Shown here piece by piece: positions 20,262-27,421 of a DNA stretch of 32,000 nt. A program made the position numbers and the translations under genes. The stretch lies in contig JARROA010000037.1 in NCBI GenBank assembly GCA_037384425.1, positions 1 to 32,000 of the forward strand. Direction: 5' to 3'. This DNA comes from Candidatus Thiodiazotropha sp. GTDB taxonomy: Bacteria; Pseudomonadota; Gammaproteobacteria; Chromatiales; Chromatiaceae. Position 1 is the stretch's first letter, and each line of letters starts with the position of its first letter. The notes below the pieces were generated by a model. The model did no database searches. It had not been told where the DNA came from and worked only from the letters and a program-made list of their open reading frames with translations.

Positions 20262-21644
20262 ATGCCTGGTCAAGACAACATCATCACTTTCGGCTCTGCA
20301 GTGCCTCGTCGAAATACCATCACGCTTGACGTCAACGGGCGCCGGATTGCGGCTGAGTGCCGTAAACTCATCGTCCAGACAATGCCCAAGCTCATGGGCG
20401 GATTATTCGAGAATCTGGACGATGCCCTCTACGAAATGGCGAACAAGTCTGACAGCAATACGCTGCAGAACATCTATTTCGACTCCATGCGCGAGCTGCG
20501 CAAACAGCGGGTTGGCATCGAGCGTGTCTTCAGTCAGGAGCTGCTGCGTGTCTATGACCGCTATTGGGAGACCGGCGAAGTCGAAGTCCGGCAGCAGAGC
20601 CTGGAGGACCTGAGCAAGAGCTCCGAACTGGCGTTGCTGGATGATGAGGAGTTGGAAGACTCCCTGGCCATCACCAACATGATCACCAAGGCGGAGAACC
20701 ACTTCAACCGGGAGCTGTTTGCCCTGGGGCAACGCTTCGCCTTCGTTATCGGTGGCGGTCGGATCGATGAGCATCTGGCGCAACAGACACCGATCTCACC
20801 CGCCATTCTCTGTGCCGCCTTTCAGGTCGCCATGAGCAACGTACCGGTAGAGCTGCCGGTCAAGCTGGTGGTCTACAAGCTCTTCGACCGCCATGTCATG
20901 CACTTCATCGGAGGTCTCTACGACGAGATCAATATCCTGCTGGGCAAGATCGGCGTGATTCCCAAACTGACCCCCAAAGTGCGGCGCAATCCAGTTTCAC
21001 CGGCCTTGCGTCGGGGCGATGGCAGTGAGAGCCAACTGGCCGGCGAATCCTCCTATCTGCCCGATCCCAGCCAATCGGCCTACACTGCCACGGTTGCGGG
21101 TGAACCCGCTACCGGCGTCAGCGTCCAGGGCGAGGTCTTCGCCGCTTTGCAGCAATTGCTGGGCGTGCGCCGCGCCAGGCTTTCTGACGGCAGCCTCAGC
21201 TCCAGTATGATGTTGACCACCCCGGTCTCCGGCGTTCCGGTGATCGATACCGGCGAACTGTTGGGCGCGCTCAATGCCATCCAGCAGTCGAATGTGGTGA
21301 TGTTGCCGCAAGGGCGTCGCGTCACCCAGGCCCTGAGTCCGGATCAGATGCGCGAGCGCCTGGTCACTGATCTGCGCATGGCCCAGGAGGGCGGGCAGGT
21401 CACGCGCTCGCTCGGTGACGCGGACAACGACACCATCGACGTGATCTCGATGTTGTTCGAGTTCATCCTCGACGACTACAGCCTGCCGGACGCGATGAAG
21501 GCGTTGATCAGCCGCTTGCAGATTCCCATGCTGAAGGTGGCGATCATCGACAAGAGCTTCTTCAGCAAGAAGGTGCACCCGGCACGCCGGTTGCTCAACA
21601 CCCTGGCCCAGGCGGCTGTTGGCTGGAACGACACCCGGTGGTGA
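20262..21644 (+). CDS. DUF1631-like protein, N-terminal part (reading frame broken at about 21640)
   Basis: 460-aa ORF. The motifs LDDALYEMANKSDSNTLQNIYFDSMRELRKQR and HPARRLLNTLAQAAVGW are those I associate with DUF1631 proteins, which I recall as about 750 aa. It ends ...GWNDTRW-stop, while the next frame continues. Confidence 0.6.
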   Translation: MPGQDNIITFGSAVPRRNTITLDVNGRRIAAECRKLIVQTMPKLMGGLFENLDDALYEMANKSDSNTLQNIYFDSMRELRKQRVGIERVFSQELLRVYDRYWETGEVEVRQQSLEDLSKSSELALLDDEELEDSLAITNMITKAENHFNRELFALGQRFAFVIGGGRIDEHLAQQTPISPAILCAAFQVAMSNVPVELPVKLVVYKLFDRHVMHFIGGLYDEINILLGKIGVIPKLTPKVRRNPVSPALRRGDGSESQLAGESSYLPDPSQSAYTATVAGEPATGVSVQGEVFAALQQLLGVRRARLSDGSLSSSMMLTTPVSGVPVIDTGELLGALNAIQQSNVVMLPQGRRVTQALSPDQMRERLVTDLRMAQEGGQVTRSLGDADNDTIDVISMLFEFILDDYSLPDAMKALISRLQIPMLKVAIIDKSFFSKKVHPARRLLNTLAQAAVGWNDTRW

Positions 21645-22576
21645 AACGGGTGCTCAACGAATTTGTCGATGATCCGGGCATCTTCTCCGAACTGGACGAC
21701 GAATTCAGCAGCTGGTGGCAACAGGAGCAGCGCGGAGCCCAAATAGCCGAGCAGCGCACCAATCAGGTCACGCGGGGCAAGGAGCAGCTGCGTTCCGCCA
21801 AACAAGCGGTGGCTGAGGAGCTCAATCAGAGATTGCGCAGGGCGCAGGTCGTGCCCGAGGCGGTGATGGCACTGCTGGAAGACGGCTGGAAGGACGTCCT
21901 GCTGCTCAACTACCTGCGTCAGGGGGTAGACAGCAAGGAGTGGCAAGAGTCGCTGGAGATGGTCGACCGCCTGCTCTGGAGCGTGCAGCCGAAATCGGAC
22001 TACAACGAGCGTCAGCAGCTGTTGCGTGGCATCCCCGAACTGCTGCGAAACCTGCGTGAACGGCTCAACAGCATCTCGTTCGATCAGCACAAGATGGCCA
22101 GGCTCTTTAAAGAGCTGCAGAACTGTCACATCGGTTGTCTGCGTGGTGGCGACCCCAATCTGATACAGGGCTCCGGAACCCATCCCGCTTCCCTCAAGGA
22201 GATCCATTTTCCTGACAGCCAGATGGTCAGTGGAGACAGCCAGCTGTCGCAAGAGGTGGAGGATGCCGCCCTCAGCCATGACGAGGCCGCCCGCCAGGCG
22301 CGCGAGCTGGAAGTCGGAACCTGGGTCGAGATGCAGGACGGGCCGGTGAAGAACCGGGTCAAACTCTCCTGGAAGAGCAAGGTGACCGACACCTACATCT
22401 TCGTCAACCGCAAGGGTATGAAGGCGATGGAACTGACGACTGCCGGTCTCTCCAGGCGCTTTCGCGAAGGCACCGCCAAGCTGGTCGAGCTTTCGGAAAC
22501 CCCAATCATCGATCGGGCTCTCGAAGCCATGCTGACCGCACTCAAGAACACCTCTTCAGCCAGTGCGTCAGCCTAG
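21638..22576 (+). CDS. DUF1631-like protein, C-terminal part (continues the previous ORF in another frame)
   Basis: 312-aa ORF beginning VVKRVLNEFVDDPGIF... in a different frame, overlapping the upstream ORF by 7 nt. There is no independent SD sequence. Taken together the two ORFs look like one roughly 770-aa gene. Confidence 0.55.
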   Translation: MVKRVLNEFVDDPGIFSELDDEFSSWWQQEQRGAQIAEQRTNQVTRGKEQLRSAKQAVAEELNQRLRRAQVVPEAVMALLEDGWKDVLLLNYLRQGVDSKEWQESLEMVDRLLWSVQPKSDYNERQQLLRGIPELLRNLRERLNSISFDQHKMARLFKELQNCHIGCLRGGDPNLIQGSGTHPASLKEIHFPDSQMVSGDSQLSQEVEDAALSHDEAARQARELEVGTWVEMQDGPVKNRVKLSWKSKVTDTYIFVNRKGMKAMELTTAGLSRRFREGTAKLVELSETPIIDRALEAMLTALKNTSSASASA

Positions 22577-22844
22577 GGCCTGTTAACACTAAATCCGATA
22601 GGCTCTGCTGAGGCAATTTTTTCGTCCAGTAAGGTAGAATGAGCGTAGTGTAGCCGCGCTACATAAGCGAATGATAACGCCACTGGGCGAAAAAATAGCC
22701 CCAGCCCTCCGGGTTGCGTCTGAAAAAGCGCCACTCGGCGTTGCTTGTCGTTCATTTGGAGTGACCAAACTACACTCCTCGCGCCTTGATTGGCGCTTTT
22801 TCAGATGCAACAGAGCCTATCGGATTAGTGTTAACAGGCCCTAG
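22573..22844. repeat. MITE-like element with 34/35-nt terminal inverted repeats (272 bp)
   Basis: Left arm 22573-22607 is CTAGGGCCTGTTAACACTAAATCCGATAGGCTCTG. Right arm 22811-22844 is its reverse complement apart from a single-base indel. There is an internal 14-bp inverted repeat CTGAAAAAGCGCCA / TGGCGCTTTTTCAG. No credible ORF inside. Confidence 0.7.
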
Positions 22845-22903
22845 CCCCTGAGCGCTGTGATCGTCGGGCATCGGCCCACGCATTGACAGACCACCCATCC
22901 CCA

Positions 22904-23068
22904 TTACTGATCCGAAAGGAATATAGGCAACACTCAGAGCCCCAGGGATGGTTCGGATCAAGGCGTGATGCGCAGGCAATGGCAGGCCCTTGGCAAGCGT
23001 CGCAACGCAGAGCCGGAGCATCCCTGGGGCTCCCTGCGGGCTTGCCTATATTCCTTTCGGATCAGTAA
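22904..23068. repeat. Long imperfect palindrome (MITE/ERIC-like element, 165 bp)
   Basis: A perfect 27-bp inverted repeat, TTACTGATCCGAAAGGAATATAGGCAA (22904-22930) and its reverse complement (23042-23068). A second nested 13-bp inverted repeat, AGCCCCAGGGATG (22938-22950) / CATCCCTGGGGCT (23019-23031). Confidence 0.7.
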
Positions 23069-23130
23069 ACTCAGGCTCACCGCCCGCTCGGGCGCATCAT
23101 GAGCTGCGGCTCAACACGGGAGACTGACGA

Positions 23131-23475
23131 ATGAGTGAAAAGATCACCGATTCCGGCTTGAAGTACGAAGACATCCAGGAGGGCGACGGCGAACAGGCCG
23201 TGACGGGTCAGCGGGTCTCCGTACACTACACGGGCTGGCTGCTCGAAGGCGACAAATTCGACTCTTCACTCGATCGCAATCAGCCCTTCGACTTCACCCT
23301 CGGCAAGGGCATGGTGATCCGCGGCTGGGACGAGGGCGTAGCCGGCATGCGTGTGGGTGGCAAGCGACGCTTGACCGTTCCGCCTCAGCTCGGCTACGGC
23401 AGCCGGGGTGCGGGCGGCGTGATTCCGCCCAATGCCACCCTGGTTTTCGATGTGGAACTGCTCGCAGTTACCTGA
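23131..23475 (+). CDS. FKBP-type peptidyl-prolyl cis-trans isomerase
   Basis: 114-aa ORF with [57 protein letters not shown] and [14 protein letters not shown], a classic FKBP12-like domain. Confidence 0.93.
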   Translation: MSEKITDSGLKYEDIQEGDGEQAVTGQRVSVHYTGWLLEGDKFDSSLDRNQPFDFTLGKGMVIRGWDEGVAGMRVGGKRRLTVPPQLGYGSRGAGGVIPPNATLVFDVELLAVT

Positions 23476-24314
23476 TGAGTGCTCACCTCGATGAGGAGCT
23501 GATACACCGACAGGTCGCTCTCGCTTTGCAGGAGGATCTGGGAGATGGCGATCTCACGGCGGCGTTGATCGACGCGGAGGCGGTCTCCCGGGTCGAGCTC
23601 ATCTGCCGTGAGGAGGCCGTGCTCTGCGGCACTCCGTGGTTCGACGAGGTGTTTTGCCAGCTCGATCCCGATTTGACCATCGAATGGCTGGCCCGCGATG
23701 GCGAGCGACTGCAACCGGATCAGTGTATCTGTCGCATGCAGGGCCACACCCGAAGTCTGCTCAGTGGCGAGCGCACCGCCCTCAACTACCTGCAGACCCT
23801 CTCCGGTACAGCCACCCTGGCGCGGCGCTATGCGGATGCGGTGGCCGGTACCGGCGCGCGTGTTCTCGACACACGCAAAACCCTTCCGGGTCTGCGCCTG
23901 CAGCAAAAATATGCCGTACGGTGCGGTGGTTGTGCCAACCACCGCATCGGACTCTTCGATGCCATCCTGATCAAGGAGAATCACATCCATGCGGCGGGAT
24001 CGGCCCGACAGGCGCTGCAGGCGGCACTGGCCTCGGCGCCGGAAGGGATCGGTATCGAGATCGAGGTGGAGTCTTTGGAGCAGTTGAGCGAGGTGCTGGA
24101 GGCGGGTGCTCAGCGGGTGTTGCTCGACAATTTCGACCTGGAAGGCTTACGGCAGGCGGTGGCGCTCAATGCCGGTAGGGCGCGTCTGGAGGCCTCCGGC
24201 AATGTCACCCTGCAGACCATTCGCGACATCGCCGAGACCGGAGTGAACGACATCTCCGTGGGGGCGCTGACCAAGGATGTGAAGGCGGTCGATCTATCGA
24301 TGCTGTTTGTCTAG
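23475..24314 (+). CDS. nadC: Nicotinate-nucleotide pyrophosphorylase (carboxylating)
   Basis: 279-aa ORF with ALQEDLGDGDLTAALI, LSGERTALNYLQTLSGTAT, LDTRKTLPGLR and KYAVRCGGCANHRIGLFDAILIKENH motifs. Its start overlaps the FKBP stop by 1 nt (TGATG). Confidence 0.93.
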   Translation: MSAHLDEELIHRQVALALQEDLGDGDLTAALIDAEAVSRVELICREEAVLCGTPWFDEVFCQLDPDLTIEWLARDGERLQPDQCICRMQGHTRSLLSGERTALNYLQTLSGTATLARRYADAVAGTGARVLDTRKTLPGLRLQQKYAVRCGGCANHRIGLFDAILIKENHIHAAGSARQALQAALASAPEGIGIEIEVESLEQLSEVLEAGAQRVLLDNFDLEGLRQAVALNAGRARLEASGNVTLQTIRDIAETGVNDISVGALTKDVKAVDLSMLFV

Positions 24315-24391
24315 TCACGAACACCAATTGCGGACAGACAGCCTTTGCAGAGAAGGCCGAGGCCCAGCTTTACTGATTCAGGTGGGAAAAT

Positions 24392-24628
24392 TTATACCCG
24401 TTCGTCGAACAGGGTGCCGAGCATGTCGTCGGCGGTCTGCAGCGCCTTGACCGAGGCTTTGGTCTGATTGGCGTGCTGCTTCATCTCCACCATGGCGCGG
24501 GACAGGTCGGTGGGCTGGCTTTGAGACGACTGTTTGACGCTGGCGATCTCGGACGCCACGCGACGCATGCCCTGCAATCCCTTATGGATTCCCTGAAGTG
24601 CCGGTCCTGTGATCGAGTTGATGGCCAT
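24392..24628 (-). CDS. Flagellar rod/hook-like mini-protein (N- and C-terminal rod segments only)
   Basis: 78-aa ORF. The N-terminus ITGPALQGIHKGLQGMRRVASEIAS resembles the Flg rod N-terminal segment (SGL..A....L.V...NIAN). The C-terminus LSRAMVEMKQHANQTKASVKALQTADDMLGTLFD resembles the FlgEFG C-terminal segment (EEMV.LI.AQRAYEAN.KVI.T.DEML.TL). It is preceded by a sigma-28-type promoter. Confidence 0.5.
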   Translation of the reverse strand: MAINSITGPALQGIHKGLQGMRRVASEIASVKQSSQSQPTDLSRAMVEMKQHANQTKASVKALQTADDMLGTLFDERV

Positions 24629-24666
24629 GGTTTCCGCTTATTCCGCAAACACCTTCTCTAACCGGG

Positions 24667-24693
24667 TTGTTGGCAGCAACAGGGGATACTTTA
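24667..24693 (-). promoter_or_regulatory. Sigma-28 (FliA)-type promoter
   Basis: The minus strand reads TAAAGTAT-N11-GCCAACAA, against the enterobacterial consensus TAAAGTTT-N11-GCCGATAA (7/8 and 6/8, exact spacing). The -10 element ends 38 nt before the ATG at 24628. Confidence 0.6.
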
Positions 24694-24781
24694 ATCGATT
24701 CGCTCCCGAGTGTGGGGTTGTCAGCAACTTTCGAGAAACAGATTCCTTCGGGCCTGATCGGGGTTCCCAAATGGGGGTCGC

Positions 24782-25969
24782 TCAGGTCCATTGATGCCGT
24801 GCGGGAAAGACCAGCCGCGCACCGGCAAAGTGGTGGTGTGCGCTGGGGAGCGCCCAATGGCGGAGGCTGGCGCGCCGGAGTACCGGTTGGGTATGCAGAC
24901 TGGCGCCACGCAGTATTGCCTGCTGTTCGTCGGCGGTCGGCCGGCTGCCGGGAAACGGCTGGTAGGCGGGGTAGGTGTGGAAGTTATTGCTGCACCACTC
25001 CCAGATCCGGCCGGTCTGCTGCAGGACGCCGCTCCTGGCCGCGATTTCCCATTGGTATTCGTGCTGCAGTACCGCGCCCTCATACTCTGCTTGCTGCCGG
25101 CCGACCCAGTGGGCGAAGGCTTCGGCCTCATACCGGTTGATACCGGCGACGGGCTCATCCGGCGGTAGATCGCTGGTACCGTTGAGGGCGATTTCGTACC
25201 AACTGCCCTCGATGTCCTCACGCCAGTATTCGGGATGGTGGGGTGCAGTCCGCTGCAACCACTGACGCCCCTCCTCGCTCCAGAGTTCCGGCGAGTTATA
25301 ACCACCATCTTGCATGAAGGCGAGGTAGTGGGCATTGCTGACCGGAGTGAGGGCGATGCGGAAACTGCTGAGCTCCACCGCCTGGGGCGGCAGTTCATTG
25401 TCGTAGGCCTTGGGTTCGTCTCGGGCGCCGATACGATAGTGGCCCTGTGAGAGTTCGCGGGTCTCCCAATGCGGTGCAGCAGGGGTCAGTCGCTGTCGAC
25501 AGCGATGCGGTGGTGCCAGCTGGAGCTGGCGCTGGTTGAGTACCTCCAGCATCTGCTCGTAGAGTTTCGCCTGCTCCTGAACCAGGTGCCAGGCCAGGCG
25601 GTCTTCGGCCAGGTGGGGGTGCTCGGGCAATGCGCCCGGCGAGGCGAGCCGCCTCAGATGCTCGTCACGGATCTGGTCGGCCCATCGCATCAGGTGTTCC
25701 AGCGGCGGCAGTTGAGCGCACTGCTCGGCCAGACTCAGGTCGCCGGGAGTGAAGAGGTGGTCGACACGACGACTGAGTTCATCATCCCGTTCCAGAAACA
25801 CGCGCAGCCAGTGGAGTTCCAGATAGACGCCGCGGCCGTAGAGCCAGCTCAGCGACGGCAACTCGGGATGGTATTGGCGGTTCGCCTCTGCGGCTGGAAT
25901 GGTGCTCAGCAGTTGCTGTTGCATCTCATGCAGACTGCTGAGCTGCCCGAGCAGGGTGGGTGAGGTCAT
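24782..25969 (-). CDS. EgtB-like protein (DinB-like N-domain plus FGE-sulfatase/SUMF1 C-domain; sulfoxide-synthase family)
   Basis: 395-aa ORF. The N-terminal part has LSWLYGRGVYLELHWLRVFLE (DinB-like). The C-terminal half has YDNELPPQAVELSSFRIALTPVSNAHYLAFMQDGGY, PVAGINRYEAEAFAHW, RIWEWCSNNF and ILRGAS...FAGARLV, as in EgtB/OvoA/FGE enzymes. Confidence 0.75.
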   Translation of the reverse strand: MTSPTLLGQLSSLHEMQQQLLSTIPAAEANRQYHPELPSLSWLYGRGVYLELHWLRVFLERDDELSRRVDHLFTPGDLSLAEQCAQLPPLEHLMRWADQIRDEHLRRLASPGALPEHPHLAEDRLAWHLVQEQAKLYEQMLEVLNQRQLQLAPPHRCRQRLTPAAPHWETRELSQGHYRIGARDEPKAYDNELPPQAVELSSFRIALTPVSNAHYLAFMQDGGYNSPELWSEEGRQWLQRTAPHHPEYWREDIEGSWYEIALNGTSDLPPDEPVAGINRYEAEAFAHWVGRQQAEYEGAVLQHEYQWEIAARSGVLQQTGRIWEWCSNNFHTYPAYQPFPGSRPTADEQQAILRGASLHTQPVLRRASLRHWALPSAHHHFAGARLVFPARHQWT

Positions 25970-26269
25970 GCTTCGACTCCGGCCTCCAAAGCCGCGTATG
26001 GTAGCGACTCGGCCTCAGTCTGACAAAGGTCCGTGTCGCGGCCTCTCGGTCCCGATGAAATCCGTCGGGTCAGGTGGCAGTGCCCTGAGTGAAGAGATAG
26101 AGGAAAGATCTACGTCACATTGGCGGGACATACGCCCTGGATTGAACGGTAGGGTGGGGCCCTGCCCCACCATTTCGCTCAACAAGTACCCATTCGGGCC
26201 AGGGACTGATAACCGAGGAGGGTTACGCAACCGGGTAGTGAACTGCCTCCCCCGATGGCGAATCGAAAA

Positions 26270-26569
26270 TCAGACGCAACCGGTCGGTTTGGGCAGGCCA
26301 CCGTACTTCGTGATCGGTTTCATGGGGCCGGTGAGCCAGAGCTTGAACATGGCTTTCTGATCGGCGCCAAGATACTTGGAGAACTTGCGGATAGGCGGTA
26401 CCACGTTGAACTCATCGTAGTATTCACGGGCCTTGATGATCTGTTCCCACTTTTCGTCGGTCAGTTCGAAATTGTCCTCTTCGGCCATGGCCCGGGCGAT
26501 TTCCGGGGTCCAGGCATTCATGTCCGTGAGATAGCCGTCGCCATCACGATCGGGAATTGCAACACTCAT
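26270..26569 (-). CDS. TusE/DsrC-family sulfur-relay protein (single C-terminal Cys)
   Basis: Start reassigned to ATG 26569, which has AGGAG 8 nt upstream. The 99-aa product MSVAIPDRDGDGYLTDMNAWTPEIA...YGGLPKPTGCV aligns by eye with E. coli TusE (...GLPKPVKCI). Confidence 0.85.
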   Translation of the reverse strand: MSVAIPDRDGDGYLTDMNAWTPEIARAMAEEDNFELTDEKWEQIIKAREYYDEFNVVPPIRKFSKYLGADQKAMFKLWLTGPMKPITKYGGLPKPTGCV

Positions 26570-26668
26570 CTTGAAAACTCCTATTACCAACTAAAACGCT
26601 TGGTTATTGTCAGGGCCAAGTGTATGTGACGCGAAGGTGTCATTTCTACCCTTTGAAATTTCGGGTTA

Positions 26669-27421
26669 TCAGGCGGCCAGGGTGGTTTCCAGTCGGGTGA
26701 CGAACTCGCTCTCGTCGCTGATCGGCTGCGCGAAATGCAGACGGGAGAGTGTCTCTCCCTGACGCACGTCGAGCCCCCGGGGATCGGCCCCCACGGCATG
26801 CACCTGCCTCCTGAGTTCAACCCCGTAATGGACCAGAATGCGATCCAGGAGGTCGTGGTCGTGAGCGTTCAGCTGATAGAGGATCTCCAACTCGGCGGCG
26901 GTGTGGAAACCCGGTGCTTCAAGGATCCGGCCGACATCGAACCAACGGGCGGAGCCGAACCCGGCGATCAGATAGAGCTGACTCGGTCGCAGCCGGTAGA
27001 GAGTGAAGTTGAGTTCCTTGTGGTAGCGCCGACCGTCGGGAAAGTAGCGGCAGTAACGTTCGAGCGCGGTGCTCGAGGTGACCGGTTCCGCATCCGCCAG
27101 GCAGGTCAGGCGGGTCCACTGCAGCACATCGGCATGATTTGAGCGAACCAGCGTCAGTGAGCAGCGGGGATCGGAGTCGAGGTTGCGGGTATGCTGAGCC
27201 AGGTGGGAGATCATCATCAGAGGGTTACCCTGACCGTCGCGACAGATCGGAAGCAATGAGCCGAACGGGTAGCCCTCGAATTTGACGGAGTGAGTCGACA
27301 ACAGTCCATGGAAACTCTCAGACCAGAGTTCGCTGATCGTATGCGCCAGATCTTCGCTCGACGACATCTTGTTCATGGGTGCTCCACTCATCTGTTTCGG
27401 GTTCTCGGTAGGGTCACTCAT
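26669..27421 (-). CDS. HugZ-like / pyridoxamine-5'-phosphate-oxidase-fold protein with a DUF2470-like C-terminal region
   Basis: 250-aa ORF. FHGLLSTHSVKFEGYPFGSLLPICRDGQGNPLMMISHLAQHTRNL...CSLTL is the split-barrel FMN/heme-binding pattern. The start overlaps the upstream gene stop in ATGA. Confidence 0.6.
   Translation of the reverse strand: MSDPTENPKQMSGAPMNKMSSSEDLAHTISELWSESFHGLLSTHSVKFEGYPFGSLLPICRDGQGNPLMMISHLAQHTRNLDSDPRCSLTLVRSNHADVLQWTRLTCLADAEPVTSSTALERYCRYFPDGRRYHKELNFTLYRLRPSQLYLIAGFGSARWFDVGRILEAPGFHTAAELEILYQLNAHDHDLLDRILVHYGVELRRQVHAVGADPRGLDVRQGETLSRLHFAQPISDESEFVTRLETTLAA

Noticed and set aside
21476-22279. 267-aa minus-strand ORF.
   Set aside because: It is antisense to the DUF1631-like gene, and the sense frame carries the recognisable family motifs.
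22573-23068. Small ORFs (60, 73, 83 and 61 aa) inside the two palindromic elements.
   Set aside because: They have no SD sequences and span inverted-repeat arms. Their sequences are dictated by the palindromes, so they are more probably non-coding.
24349-24365. Short hairpin GCCTT-tgcagag-AAGGC between the convergent nadC and rod-like genes, considered as a bidirectional terminator.
   Set aside because: The stem is only 5 bp and there is no U-tract on either strand, which is too weak to call.
24667-25398. 157-aa plus-strand and 225-aa minus-strand alternative-frame ORFs within the EgtB-like region.
   Set aside because: They are Arg/Pro/Gly-rich off-frame products. The 395-aa frame carries the DinB and FGE-sulfatase motifs.
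26163-26181. Strong GC hairpin GGTGGGGC-cct-GCCCCACC between the TusE-like and EgtB-like genes, considered as a terminator or sRNA end.
   Set aside because: There is no U-tract on the minus (coding) strand and only ATTT on the plus strand. I cannot tell a terminator from a processing or REP-like hairpin without expression data.
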